Shown: positions 13,201 through 25,499 of the stretch, in pieces
How positions within the stretch are numbered: the stretch's first letter is position 1
Layout: each line of letters opens with the position of its first letter
Source of the DNA: Sphagnum compactum
Lineage: Eukaryota
DNA length: 64,000 nucleotides
Reading direction: 5' to 3'
Assembly (NCBI GenBank): GCA_965153455.1
Contig: OZ234493.1
Coordinates: 14,870,213 to 14,934,212 of the forward strand
Notes under the pieces: model-generated
What the model saw: only the letters and a program-made list of their open reading frames with translations
Database searches by the model: none
What the model was told of the DNA's origin: nothing
Position numbers and translations under genes: made by a program

Positions 13201-13820
13201 TTCCAGAAAAGAGCTCTTCAAATTAGGAGGTCATTGTTGTGATTCAATAGCTTCTCTTATGAATTTTTTTGAAAGAAGATGCCTATGATCCAGGTCTACT
13301 TCCTCTGTCACCAACTTTTTCAAGTGCATGTGTCTTTGTTCTGCTGTTGCCACCTTTTCACCAAATGCATCAATCCTAATTCTCTTATTGTGCTACTGGA
13401 GATCACAGACTTAGAAGCCCTTCCATCAACTAAACCATCTACTTGATGCTCACCAATTTCAACAGAGATATGAAGGCTTCTCCCTTTTCCCATGTGATTC
13501 AAACATGCCTCCTTGTACAACTTACTAGATTTCCCCACAAGCTGCACTTCTGCTTGCCTTGTTTGAGTCCCTCATGCCAGCTTGACCAAATCCACCAAAG
13601 TATTCCAACTCTGCGGGCACTGTAATTATCATCTCCACTGAGGGAAAATGAAATCCTCCCCTTCATGAAATGCATAAGAAGTTTTGACCTCATAGTTAGA
13701 ACTTGATTTGTAATTTGGTTTTAATTCCCAAGTAAATTTTTTTATTACATGTCTCTCTTTTTCTGAAGGTGTGTTCACACTTGGTGTTAGGGACTCTAGT
13801 GTTGAGTCCATTAACACCAT
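10250..13820 (-). mobile_element. Decayed Ty3/Gypsy LTR-retrotransposon internal region (PR-RT-RNaseH-INT)
   Basis: Protease (GLVDGRASKSVIS, 13320-13547), RT (RFCEDYRPLN; FSALDLQSSFWQI, VMPFGLK, FIDD, 12145-12740), RNase H (LILEVD; VAYATKDLSKSQKNYHPMEGEC, 11549-12070) and integrase HHCC region (MHVELGHL...YFW...CQL, ~10700-10980). Gypsy domain order, many stops and frameshifts, no LTR pair recognised. Confidence 0.92.
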
Positions 13821-15359
13821 TCTAGTGATTTAAGACTTAAACTTACTTATTGTGAAGATTTTATGTTACACTAACATTCATTTAACATTAAGCTATCACC
13901 CATTTAACATTGGGTGCCACTTAGGATGCCACCTAAATTTTCATTTAACATTGATTTAACATCAAGTGTGAATGCACCATTAGGAGGGTTCCTGAACTTT
14001 GTTATGGTCTTTTTTCACTCTTACTTCGTTCCATCCAAAACAACATAACTTTGAAGATTTATTTATTTATTTTTGGAGTGAAATTTGACAACATGAACTA
14101 TCACAATAATACACTTATAATGGGCTTTTGATTTTTTTTTTCTTTTTTTTAAAAAAATAGAGCATTCACAATGGAAAGCGCACATGTAGTTGTGGGACCA
14201 GAAATGTCATTGTTGTAAAGGTTTCTTCTTATGTTACATTATCTTTGTTATGAGGGTTAATGTTTTCAAAGGTTGTGGTGGAAAGAATCAAAGATTAAAT
14301 CTCATTTTGACATTGTTGAAAAGAATGTTTGACATATTATGCTCGAAATGTTGAACAAAATATATAGAATGACATTTTCAGCTGATAATTCTTACTTTTT
14401 CATCATGTTCAAAATCATCCAAAACAGAGCAATGAAAAAACCATTCAAATTTTGAGGATGCATGGCCTGAAGGAACACATATGGTCTAATGTGTTGAATG
14501 AATGAGATAGTGTTTGACAAAATGGATGAAGGAACACTTACTAGGCCAGTTTGACCATAAGCCCAAATTACAGGGTGTATGGGATAGGTGTTTTCCAGTA
14601 TTCCGCAGGTGAGTCTTTTACCTTGATAATGCCTATCGGTAAATTACATATCCTAACCGGTTGATAATTTTTTCTGTTACCTGCTATTGCCATACCCAGC
14701 TAGTAAATCTTTCTGACTTACCCTGTTTTTATACTACTTCATTAGAATATATTTGGATTTTACCCTTATTTGATGGGAGGTTTTTCCAGGGGTGGGTAAA
14801 AACGGGTATATGCCAAAATCATCTAACTAACATGGTTTGCACTACACGTGGTTATGGAGTAGTTCAAATTATAGGGTAAATATAAGGTAAATCATACATA
14901 AATTTGCCTTTACTCTATGAATAAGGTAAAATGTGGGTCAGCCTCAGGGTTTTTTTTCTTCAAATTGCTCAAGTAGGTTCAGTGGTGAGGACCCCCAGCC
15001 TTATTTAGCATTAAATGGCGATTGTCCTAGGTGCTCTGTAGCCTTTTTTTTTTTCAAAATCCTGCTTTGTACTCGCGACATCCATGAATGGAGTGTCTAA
15101 ATGTGACAACCTTTCACAGTTTTCTCTCAAAACATGACGAAGTTTGCAAAACAATTTTTAAAAATCCTTGTAGGATTCACAGCCCTCTTGTATTCGTCAC
15201 CAAGTGGCGAAATTTCACCCAAAAAAAACACTGATTAGTCTCCTATACCCATATCGAAATTGCGTATTTTCCAAAGCTTGTCTACCTTTATCTGGGTTTG
15301 GGAATGTTTTCGGATCTTATATATCTGTACCCAGCTCATATATTCAAGTCCATGTACAC

Positions 15360-15646
15360 TAGTGCTGGGTGGGTACCAGGTTGGAACCTTGGTACACCAA
15401 TGTTGTCCAGGTAAGCACTGGAGATAATACTAGCTTAAGACCAAGGTTATATCAGTCTCAATATCAGGTATATACTTGCCACATACCAGCCAAAAATCAG
15501 GCTTGGACCATAATACCAGGATCAGGCTGGAATGAAAGCTTTTAGAAAGATCCAATACCAGTACCAGGCTGGTATGAAATTATTAAAAAGATTCAATACC
15601 AGTAGGTCCAGCTCGTATGTTCAAAAGTTGACACCCGCCAACACTG
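15360..15646. mobile_element. MITE-like element with (C/T)AGTG-type TIRs
   Basis: tagtgctgggtgggt ... acccgccaacactg termini, flanked on both sides by gtacac, with internal ataccag subrepeats. Confidence 0.55.
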
Positions 15647-15809
15647 GTACACATCCAAAACTTGTGCTCATCACATTGAATGGAAATTTGTGATGAAGAA
15701 AGAATTAGAGAAGAAATGTTTTTTAATGTGTCTTCCAACCCTATTAGACAAACATGATGACAAAGATGGGATCAGAATTCTGCAAATACGAATAACTGGT
15801 AATTTATAC

Positions 15810-16420
15810 AGCTATTGATGCCTAGACTTGATCAAGGGAGATGAACAATCTAGGAGTTGTGCAAAAATTCTGTGGAGCATGTGAAACCAAAAGTTGAATC
15901 CATGGGCACAATGGCAAATCAAAGAGAGCGGAGAAATTGTTAGGAGAGGAAAGAAGGAACAATTTACTGGAAATTGGGCTGTGGCAAACACATGCAATAT
16001 GCATCAATATGCACAAGTGCACTACGGAATTAGACATGCTTCTGATAATTCTGACACGCAATTGTTATGTGTTATGTGTTATGTCACAATGTCAATGTTG
16101 TAGAAGTGGAATGTTTGTGATGAAGTGGGAGCAATGGCAGCCAAGGAAGAAATTAATGCATTCCTTTCTTCCCAATGGAAGGATCGGCAACATCATTTCC
16201 ATTTAAGGCACCAAAACAGAAATTTTGTTCTTTGATGGGGATTGCAGCTCCATGATGCTACAGATGCCCCTGGTGCAGCAAGGGCCCAGATCTTTGTGTG
16301 GAAGCTGTTTGTGATACTATGTCCCATCAATTGCATGCAAATTGTGGTACACCAGCCAGGAAACTCTTGAACTTTAAAGCTGCCTCACGCAACAAGATGG
16401 ACCAGAAGGGACAGTGAGTG
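15810..16420 (+). pseudogene. Diverged fragment of the unknown 'CPWCS' ORF (copy 2)
   Basis: RCPWCSKGPDLCVEAVC...HANCGTPARKLL aligns with KTCPWCSDPRGTKAVC...YSCGTMANKPL at 46815-46925. Nucleotide anchors ttgatcaagggagatga and gccaaggaagaaatt are shared with copies 3/4. Confidence 0.6.
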
Positions 16421-17724
16421 TAGAACAGATCTTCGAGCGGTTCTGACAATTTGCTATTGCATAATCCCCCGTGCTATCCACACACAAAGCCCTCCACACG
16501 ATGCATGTTTTTTGCTACTGTTGAATATTAATATGCGCACAGCTTAGTCATTAGGGAGAACTAGATTAATTAGGATTAGTAGGAAGTTTACTCAGAAACT
16601 TCTTATATTCTACAATCGGTGGTTTTTTTTTCTGATCTAGCTAGAGTTCAGGAGTTCTGATCTAGAGTTCAATTTAGTTAGTGTCTATTTTTACTGTTGG
16701 CCATGAGGCTTATATTCTCTTTTGCTTTTCTTTTCTTTGAACTGTTCTGTTCCCAGAAGTCAAGTGACTTCTGTGAGATCTCTTTTATCAGCTACCATCA
16801 AGTGAACTCTAAATTGAAAAGCAAGTTAGGCTTGCTGTTGCCTCCGTGCTATCACTTCTGATGCCACCATCACACGCCTTGTGAACAATACCCAACACAA
16901 GATGTCTCAATATCTTGCACTTTATGATTTTCAGGTGGGTTTGGATCAACTTCTATCAGTGGCAGCTCTGTACCTAGCTTCAAATCCCTCTGCACATACT
17001 GACAATGGAGCTTTGGATTAAACAGAGTGACTCAATTGCTCTGTGGAATACAGACCAACAAACTATGGAACCCTCGCTATAACAGAAAAAAATTGATATT
17101 GGTCTTGAGAACGTGTTTTTAAGACGTTCTCAGCACCAGTGTACGAGAATGTTTTAAAGAAATGTCAATATTTCATACATAGGAAGAGGAGCCCTAAACG
17201 GGATGAAAATGGATGAAAATTTACATGCTTCCATCAACCCGACTGCTAGCTGGTGGGCCGAGAAAGAATCTGGAGCCCAATGACATCGGTGGAGGCCTCC
17301 AGATGCTACACATGGCTACTTTCTCATGAATGCCGTGGTTGCATTGCAGGAGAATTAGGGTTTCCACAGTTTGGGGGTCCCCAAGAACATGTGAGCCCCA
17401 AAACGGGCCAGAAGTCACCTTGGTTTGTCAAACCTTAGGGGTCTTTTTGTGTGAGTAAAGCCCCAGGTGAGGGACGTGCTCAAAATAACGGGCCTAGGAT
17501 GAGGTAGTAGTAAGTCTGGTCCCAGATTGGGGGAATGTAGCCCCCTTGTGGGGGCCTTACCCATCATAAAGCACAAGGTGAACTTTTATCACGAGGTTAA
17601 GCATAAATAGAGCACAAGGTGTAAGATAGCGGGGGTTCTTATGTTCATAAAGCACTCAGGTAGATTTTTTTTATGTAAATAGAGGACACCTTGAATCCAG
17701 GAATATAGCCTTCTTGAAAAGAGG

Positions 17725-17792
17725 AGGCAGCTTACACCTACTTAAGGGGCATAAGGTGCCTCCTGTGCTTGCGAAGTAGGTGTAAGCTGCCT
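17725..17792. repeat. Short inverted repeat with 19-bp perfect arms
   Basis: aggcagcttacacctactt (17725-17743) / aagtaggtgtaagctgcct (17774-17792). The cttacacctac motif recurs near 17970, 48976 and 49007. Confidence 0.8.
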
Positions 17793-18396
17793 ACATTAAA
17801 AAAAAAGTCACCTCCAAACTCTGCATTTCCTTTCTAGTGCTTCACTCTAGGTAAGGCCTTGCTGTCAGGGCATTACCACGTGAGAGCTTGGACATTGTGC
17901 CTTGAAGCTTGGGCTCAAACCTTGGCTCCCAGGGTATCAGCAGGCCCTTCCCTACACTTAGACTCAAATCTTACACCTACTCCTTGAGAGTGCTAAGAAT
18001 CTTACTCCTACAAGTAGACATATTTTCTCTCTCACTTCGAGCGTGAGATTTCTCCTTTTTTCTAGCAGAGAGATTTCCATGAAAGAGATTCATGAATATA
18101 AGGTACCCTCCAAATTACTGTTTCTTTCAACCAATATTGTCATTTTTTGGACCAGAAAATTTGGGAAAATGTGGAAGTGTTTATTATTCTAGTGTGGATT
18201 TGACTAATATTACTATTTTGTTTGAAAAATTCGCCAATTTTTCAATTAAATAAATTGAAGAAAAAAGAAAAAAGGAACCTGCTCCAAGCATACTACAAAA
18301 TTTCTCCAAGTGCTTGCAAGTTACTTTAAAAACGTTTCCCTAAACTTTCTAGATCACCAGCATTGTTGATTAAGAGAGCGGATGGCACCAATTACT

Positions 18397-18926
18397 TCAG
18401 CTTGGCACTGGATTCAACAGTCCTGTGGGATGATCTATAGAACGGAATTATCACGCACTGCTACTGAATCATTCCATGGATGCTAATTGGAGACCAACTA
18501 TTTGGTACAATTCCAACTGGCTGTGGAATTTTGCAATTTTTCAAAGCTATAATAGTTCACACAAACTTAGTGTTTAGTCTAGTACTCACCATTGGTTTGT
18601 ACAATCCTCGATGATACACGTGATGATGCATTGGCTTCGACTACGACTGCCTGCAACTGAGCATCATGGGGAGGGACGATTGGCTCCCGCCCACGCGCAA
18701 CAAACTCTCGAGTAAGCTTCAGAAGATGTCGGAGGATGTTTACCGATTCTCGTGTGAGTCGCAGTAAGAGCACGAGAATGAAGAAAACCAGGATCAGAGC
18801 TTCCATATATGGCTTATCAACATCGAAGAACTGCGGGCTTGGAATTAGCAGCTGGAGCTCATGGCTGGAGCTGGTCACCGCCATGAGTCGAGGAAGACGT
18901 GATCCTAAGCTGGGTGGAGACTTCAT
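18397..18926 (-). CDS. Small single-hydrophobic-segment protein, copy 2 (exon 1 18926-18590, exon 2 18434-18397; 124 aa)
   Basis: Open frame MKSPPSLGSR...EALILVFFILVLLLRL..., phase-1 donor G|GTGAGT, 155-nt intron, acceptor ttctatag, exon 2 DHPTGLLNPVPS*. 337+38 nt = 125 codons. Structure is conserved in copies 3 and 4, and exon-1 indels among copies 2-4 are whole codons. Confidence 0.72.
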
Positions 18927-19139
18927 TTTTCAGCTGCCAGCAGACGATCAGAAACTTACTGAAGCTCCTGCGACAAACAAATCACTACTATTATATTAGA
19001 AGCGTAGTCACAAACGAACCCTTGATGAAGAATAAGTTGCAGCAGGACGGTACTGAAACATGGAGAAGAAGCATTGAAGGGAAAGCAAGAGATCAGAAGC
19101 TCCAAACAGCTAGGTTGAACTCAACCCTTTATGGAAAGC

Positions 19140-19151
19140 ATATATATATAT
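19140..19151 (-). promoter_or_regulatory. TATA-like box upstream of copy 2
   Basis: (TA)n run ~215 bp 5' of the ATG, beyond a pyrimidine-rich leader on the coding strand. Its position matches the TATA-like segment in the other copies. Confidence 0.45.
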
Positions 19152-19197
19152 CCCATGATGAACATATTCATCATTCAGACTGGTCGCAAAGACAAGT

Positions 19198-19458
19198 CAT
19201 GGGGGTGCAAAGAAAGAGGTACTCAGCCTGTTGGCTTGGCGGCCCCACTCATGACCTGACACTTCATTGGGTGGCCCGGGAATCAAGCAAAACAGGGGGT
19301 TGCAACTAAGGAGATACTCAGCCGTAGCGTTGGCGGGCCCACCCATCACCTGATACAGCTCCGGGCGGCCGGTAGAATGGTTCGGGTTCTCTGAATGGGT
19401 GGGACCTCCAACCCAAAAGGCTGAGTACCTCCTCCTTTGCAACTCCCTGATTTTGCTT
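19198..19458. repeat. Imperfect inverted repeat / MITE with a duplicated left arm
   Basis: Arms aagcaaaacagggggttgcaa..tactcagcc..cccacccat (19285-19346) and the reverse complement at 19393-19458. An extra direct copy lies at 19198-19260 and another fragment at ~40655-40701. Confidence 0.75.
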
Positions 19459-21099
19459 TATTACCTGATTTGGACTATTCCTCCCCCGCCTGGTCCCATA
19501 TTACTCTTCTTTCCTCAACCTGCACGGCATGGACCGTATGTTCTTTTGCTGCTCATTCATTCACGGTTTGGGTTTGAAGAAAAAGGAATGAAGATTCTAA
19601 GACTTGTTTAGGGCTATTTTTGATAAATAATATTTATTTGAAATAAATTTTCAGTGAATTTTCCAAGATAGGATAATGTAATGAAGTACATAATTGTGTA
19701 TTAATGTTTTGATTTACAAGTAGAAACACACCAAATGCCAAAATGAGTTACAATGAACAATTTAAAAACTTGGGCAGGAATTTCCCAGTATATTGCGAGG
19801 GCACTTTACCAAGTGGAATAACTCAACAGGAAGCCCTTTCCATTTCTGGGAAGGGCATTTCGTTTTTGAAATGCTTGTGTTAACTTTTTAAAACTGTTTT
19901 TACTGCGATACTTGGTGGGTATCAAAAGGATATTCATCAAGCATATTTTTGTAATTAAAAATAAAATAAAAATACTGCGGTGATTTGAACTCTGGAATCC
20001 TTTAAAATTTGAAATTTATTTTAATTTTTAATTTTGATGTAGCCAAAAACATTTTGGCTAGATTTTTTGGCTAGGTCTTTCTGATCGGGTTTTTGACTTG
20101 TCAAATGAGACCAGGCAACAAAAAAAATTATATTTTATTATTATTTTTAAAAAATTATGCCCCAAATATTGATTAGTAATAGGTAAGCAAGGTAACTTAT
20201 CATAGGTAAATTTACACTAACCTATATATACTAGCCTATACCCATATTAACCTAGGTTGTTCTAGCCTACTTAAGTTATACTAGGCGACATAATAATATA
20301 TTGGCCTACATTAACCTAATATACCTATATCATTAGCCTAAGGTACTTATATTTACCTAGACAACTATCTAATCTATACTAATGGGCAAACCTATACTTG
20401 GGTGGTCCCACTTGGGACTACCTCACCAAAATCCAAGGAAAGGTAGACCCATTTTAATTCAATTTAAAAAAAAAACATTATCATGTTTATTATTGACTTG
20501 CACCACATGGTCTTTCTATTTTCCACCTACATTACGAAAAAATTGATACTTACATAGGCTACACAAATAAGAAATTTTTGTTCTTGAAATGTTTTTGACA
20601 TTCCTAACCCCTTATTAATGTGTGTTAAATTCTACCATTGTAAAATAATTGTTATTTAATTTATCAACTTCATTCACCTTAATGGCCCCAATTGTTGATC
20701 AAAATTTAAAAAGAAAATTACTACAAATTTGTAAACATGAATGCAAATACCCTTCTTTACCTTTTAGCCCTAACTTTTGAAAATTGCTCAGAACTTTGTG
20801 GCTACTTCACTCCATTATTTATTAAACAAATTTAAAAATGATCATTTAAAATCTTTTTAAAAAATGAAAAATTACATTTCTTTTCTATTCTTGAACAAAA
20901 GAACCCCAAATGTTACTTTAACATACATTATTTAATTAATTCTGGACTTTTGGAAAAGTCTGAAAATAATTCAAAACAATTTGGATAATTTTTTTAAAAA
21001 TCAAAATTATAAATTGCACTTGGTGGCCAAGAGGCCCAATGCATATTATCATTATTGGTTGTGACCACAAGAATCACATGAAAGAAGAAGGCTAATTTG

Positions 21100-21790
21100 A
21101 ATATTACTTAATACTTGGTGGTCACCATGTGACAAAGAGTCACAATGGAGGACTCAACAAGATTTGAGGGAATTAAAAACATTCCAAGCAAAAAAGGGCT
21201 CAAGAAAATAATCTGAATATTATGTGGATCACAAAAGAAAAAATGAATAGAACTAAAACATGGTGGTCACTAAGTGATAAAGTGTGAAAATGGAGGACTC
21301 AAAATGATTAGAAGGATTTTTAAAAGTTCCAAAGTAAAATAGGGCTCAAAAAGATAATATGAATATTGTGTAGATCACAAAAGAAAAAATGAAATAGAAC
21401 TAAGACATGGTGGTCATTAAGTGATAAAGAATGAGAATGGAGGACTCAAAAGGATTAGAAGGATTATTGAAAATTTCAAAGTAAAATAGGGCTCAAAAAG
21501 ATAATATGAATATTGTGTAGATCACAAAAATAAAAATGAAATAGATATAAAACCTCATGGTCACCAAGTGATAAGAAGTGAAAATGGAAGACTCAAAAGG
21601 ATTAGAAAGATTTTTAAAAATTCCAAAGTAAAAGAGGGTTCAGGAGGATAATATGAAATTGTATAGATCACAAAAGTTAAAATGAAATAGAACTAAAACT
21701 TGGTGGTCACCAGGTGATAAAAAATGGAAATGGAGGATTCACAAGGATCTAAGGGATTCAAAATATCCAAATTAAAAGAGCACTCATGAA
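21100..21790. repeat. ~147-bp tandem repeat, ~4.5 copies
   Basis: (t)ggtggtcac.aagtga anchor at ~21115, 21260, 21407, 21555 and 21700, with conserved atggaggactcaaaaggattagaagga and gggctcaaaaagataatatgaatattg blocks. Confidence 0.9.
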
Positions 21791-22099
21791 ATATCCATCA
21801 TTTCAAATAAATTTTATTAAATAAATAAATCATTAGATTGTGTCGTATCAAATAAAATTTACGAAACTTGCAATGGAAGTTTGAAAGTTCAACAAAATCA
21901 TCCTTTGCTAGCATACAAACCCTTTAAAGTTGCAAACATCGTCACACGGTCTACAAACAATAATACAAACCAATTGCAAGCAAAACTCAGTAATTAAATA
22001 AATAAAGATAACTCAAAGGTGAACAACAAAAATACAATAAATTAATTTTCCTTAGGTATAAAAAAAGTTCATACCTAAAATAAGTTGAGTAATGCCACT

Positions 22100-22765
22100 C
22101 TCCCCATTATCATTTTTCATATATTGCATAAACCAAGAATAATTTGGTGAAGAAGAAAACAAATGGGGCTTTGGTTGGTTGATAATGATTTCATAATGGA
22201 CACCAATTGTCCTTGCCAATGGTAATCCAACAAACATTGGCCATAAACACGATGCCAAGTCCAACCACTGGGCCTTTTTTTTGATAACTTATGTCCTCTA
22301 AAAGATGCAAAGAAAAGATCGCGCTACACTTGGAATTTCGAAAGGCCTTGCTTGGCTCATCGTTAATGAGTAACATTTAGTCTTCTATCCCATAGGGTAG
22401 CCCTCAACATGCAAAGTACACATAATTCAAATCCTTAAGATAATAATATGTCCCTGTAGTGAGTTCACCCAAGGTCCTAACGCATTGATCACGTCCCCAA
22501 ATAAAAACTAATTGATCAACAAATGTTTATGGCACCAACAAAGGAAGAACTTACATCACATCTTGCAACAACATACAAGACTAAATTGCAATATAAATTT
22601 TTTTGAACACTCAAGAAAGAAAACCTTGCATTCCAACTCTTGATTCTAATTTGTTAATGTTAATATTTTTGCCATTCACACAACAATTGTCTTGCAGAAC
22701 ATCACATTTTGGGAAATTATAACACGTCACACCGTTCACATTGAAAATCAACAAATTTTTGGGTT
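22100..22765 (-). pseudogene. FCP1/NIF-like HAD phosphatase domain remnant (3rd)
   Basis: LLIFNVNGVT at ~22735-22760 (motif-I-like), then LLINDEPSKAFRNSKCSAIF and DLASCLWP. Frameshifted. Confidence 0.55.
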
Positions 22766-23329
22766 CAGCAGGATATGACCGAAAGCGCTTATGTAGACCT
22801 TAGACAAATAGAGATGGACATAGATAAAAAACCTACAAAAATTAGGAGATGCTAGTCCAACTAAAAATTTACAAAAATTGAATTGATATTTAAAATATGG
22901 AAGGAAAATTTTGAATGTTGGCCTTGAAAATCTATAAAGAACTAAACAAATTCATTAATCACATGAATTCAAAACACACCAAATACCATTTGGTGGCCAC
23001 TAGATAGATTCAATTCTAAAGAGTTAAAAGTATGACATAGAACACCAGGTAGTCACTAAATGGCTACATAAAAGAAAACAAGTTGGGAGCCAATGTGAAG
23101 TTTAACTTTGGGGCCATTAGGCCAAAAGTAGATGCCTTGAAGACAAAGACTAGATGCAACATTAGCAATAATATAATTAAAGATTTAATAGATTTGAAAG
23201 GAAACATTTCAAGTTTTCAACTAAAGAAATCAAAATGAGTAATTAATACTAGGAAATTTTTCATTTCATTTTCAATTTTGTATTATTACAAAATTAGGGT
23301 TTGTAGGCATTACTAGATTTTGACAAATA

Positions 23330-23760
23330 ACATTTTAAACTATCCAAGATCATCACGATTAATACATCTAATCCTACCAAAAGGATTGTGTTGATGTGCA
23401 AACACCATATTCGAAAATACAAAGAGATTCCAAATAAGGGAGAATAATCCCCAACACATAATGGTCCTCCCCACAAAGGCTATCAAAAGACTCCCAAAAA
23501 ATGGCACTTTATGGCCCATTAAACATACTTTTGTATGGCATATTGTTTATAAACAATGTGTTGTTAGTGTGAATGTAAGGATACATAGAAAAGAAAAGGT
23601 GAAAGTTCTTATGAAAATTTGGCTTGTTAGGTTTATCCGATAGAAAATGCAGATTTTGCATGCAAAACTCTTGATTAAGCACTCTTGAAGGATCGATGAA
23701 AATTTGAATTTCATGCCAAACTTGATCCAAACTACTATAAATATTATGATGTTAGGCTAC
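23330..23760 (-). pseudogene. FCP1/NIF-like HAD phosphatase domain remnant (2nd)
   Basis: KPNFHKNFHLFFSMYPYIHTNNTLFINNMPYKSMFNGP*SAIFWESF...ILPYLESL matches the K-L...NTLLIDDxPYK...N..AIF pattern. Confidence 0.65.
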
Positions 23761-24249
23761 AGATCAAATATACACATGGAATTGCACACATCTCTCAAAA
23801 AATTTCCTTAATCCAAGCTTGAGAATGACGATGGGAAATGGAGCTCTTTGATATCTTCCACTATCGAAGTGTGTGGAGACAAGTATTCCATAAAAAATAA
23901 CACACAATGGACTCACCTTTGGTGATGGCGAATGAGGCACTAGGGAGTCCACTCCTAAAGTTGATGGCATCTCATGTAATTCCTATTCACCAAAGGTTCA
24001 TGAATTTGGCAGTTCCACTTTTTTCACCATCTTAAGAAACGATGCACCAATTATTTAAAAGAACAAGCATCGAGCAATTTTAAAAATCCACCAATTGAAG
24101 TACCATATAAATTAATGAGATGAAAAAATCCAAGAAAGGATTTTAAGAAAAAAAAAAAAGGAAAATTTAGACTATTTATTATGGATGTCGATCAATTTTT
24201 ACAAAAACTAACTTTACACGCCATTGTGCATTTTTCAAACAACATCCGG

Positions 24250-24918
24250 AATTTGAATGACATCATCTTCCTTGAAACTTCTGATGGTGCCGAAGGGATG
24301 GTTCTCCACAAAGGTGGGAACATTAAGCCCAAAGTAATGAAGTGACTTTAAGTACAGGAGAAGAGTCCTCGAAAGATAATTATCCTCTTCTAGCACATCC
24401 TCATAAAACTAAATGAAAATGGCATTAAAGGGCGAATTTTGGCAAATTTTGTGAGGCATATTCTTTACCAACAATGTATTTCCAAATTGAGTATCAAGAT
24501 ACCTAAGGAAAAAATCAGAAATGTACTTATGATCAATATTAATTTTATCAAGAATGAGATGTTCAAAGTGTTTACTATCCTTTTTGTAAGGAAACTGCAT
24601 AGTGTGCTTGTTAATTTTTTGCATAGATTTCAACCAATAATCCTTTGAACGTCAATCTTAGTACATGTCTTTTCCATTATTTTCTTCAAGTAGGTTTCCA
24701 TCTTGTAAAGTTGAGTTGTAGTCCATATGTAAATAGTAGACTGTTTTATACAGCTCATGAGGAATTCTTTGATAACTTTGTTTCGAAATAACCTTCTTGT
24801 TTAGTATGTTGTGATGACGACCTATGCTATACAACAGAGTTAATAGGTTATTGATTGAGAAATATTCCTTCTCAACAAGGGCGCCTTTCAAATTGAAAAT
24901 GATGTGCAAAGGACTCAC
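24250..24918 (-). pseudogene. FCP1/NIF-like HAD phosphatase domain remnant (1st)
   Basis: LHIIFNLKGALV, then after a frameshift KEFLMSCIKQSTIYIWTT, then GNTLLVKNMPHKICQNSPFNAIF and DNYL...YLKSLHYFGLNVPTFVENHPFG. Confidence 0.7.
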
Positions 24919-25499
24919 CTCAAGGTCTTTTATGTGTACGAACGGAGGCTCAATTTAAGACCTTTAAGAATAAGCGTTTGAAGCCCTGACCCACTATCTT
25001 CCTCACTAGTTTCATGGAGAACAAGAGGAAGTTTTTCATCTCTTGCACCATTAGCTCCCACAAGGGGCGATTGTGGTGAGGATGACAAAGAGGGTTGTAA
25101 GGATGAGAAAGATTTAGGTGCACATCAAAGTGGAGACATTGAACGTTGATGCGACAAAGGTTGACTTGGAGATGATGATGGTGTCCTTCATTTCGAATGT
25201 AATTTAGTGCCATCTAGTTGTCCAAATAATTAAATGATGGTCCTCTAATTTCCACTAGGGCCATAATGAGACCTTAACTTGCCCCAACTAGTTGAATCCT
25301 TGGAAAGATTTCATGAAACTCATCGAATACATAGCCTACATGAATAAGAGTATATGTCTTTGGAACTAACGACAACGACTAGATTGCCACAGAAAGAGGC
25401 ACATTGGCACATAAGAAGGTGTTGAAGATGGACCTTGCAAGACAAATGATGACCTGGCGATAGTGTTTTATTTTGAAATTCAAATTCATTTCCATCTTA

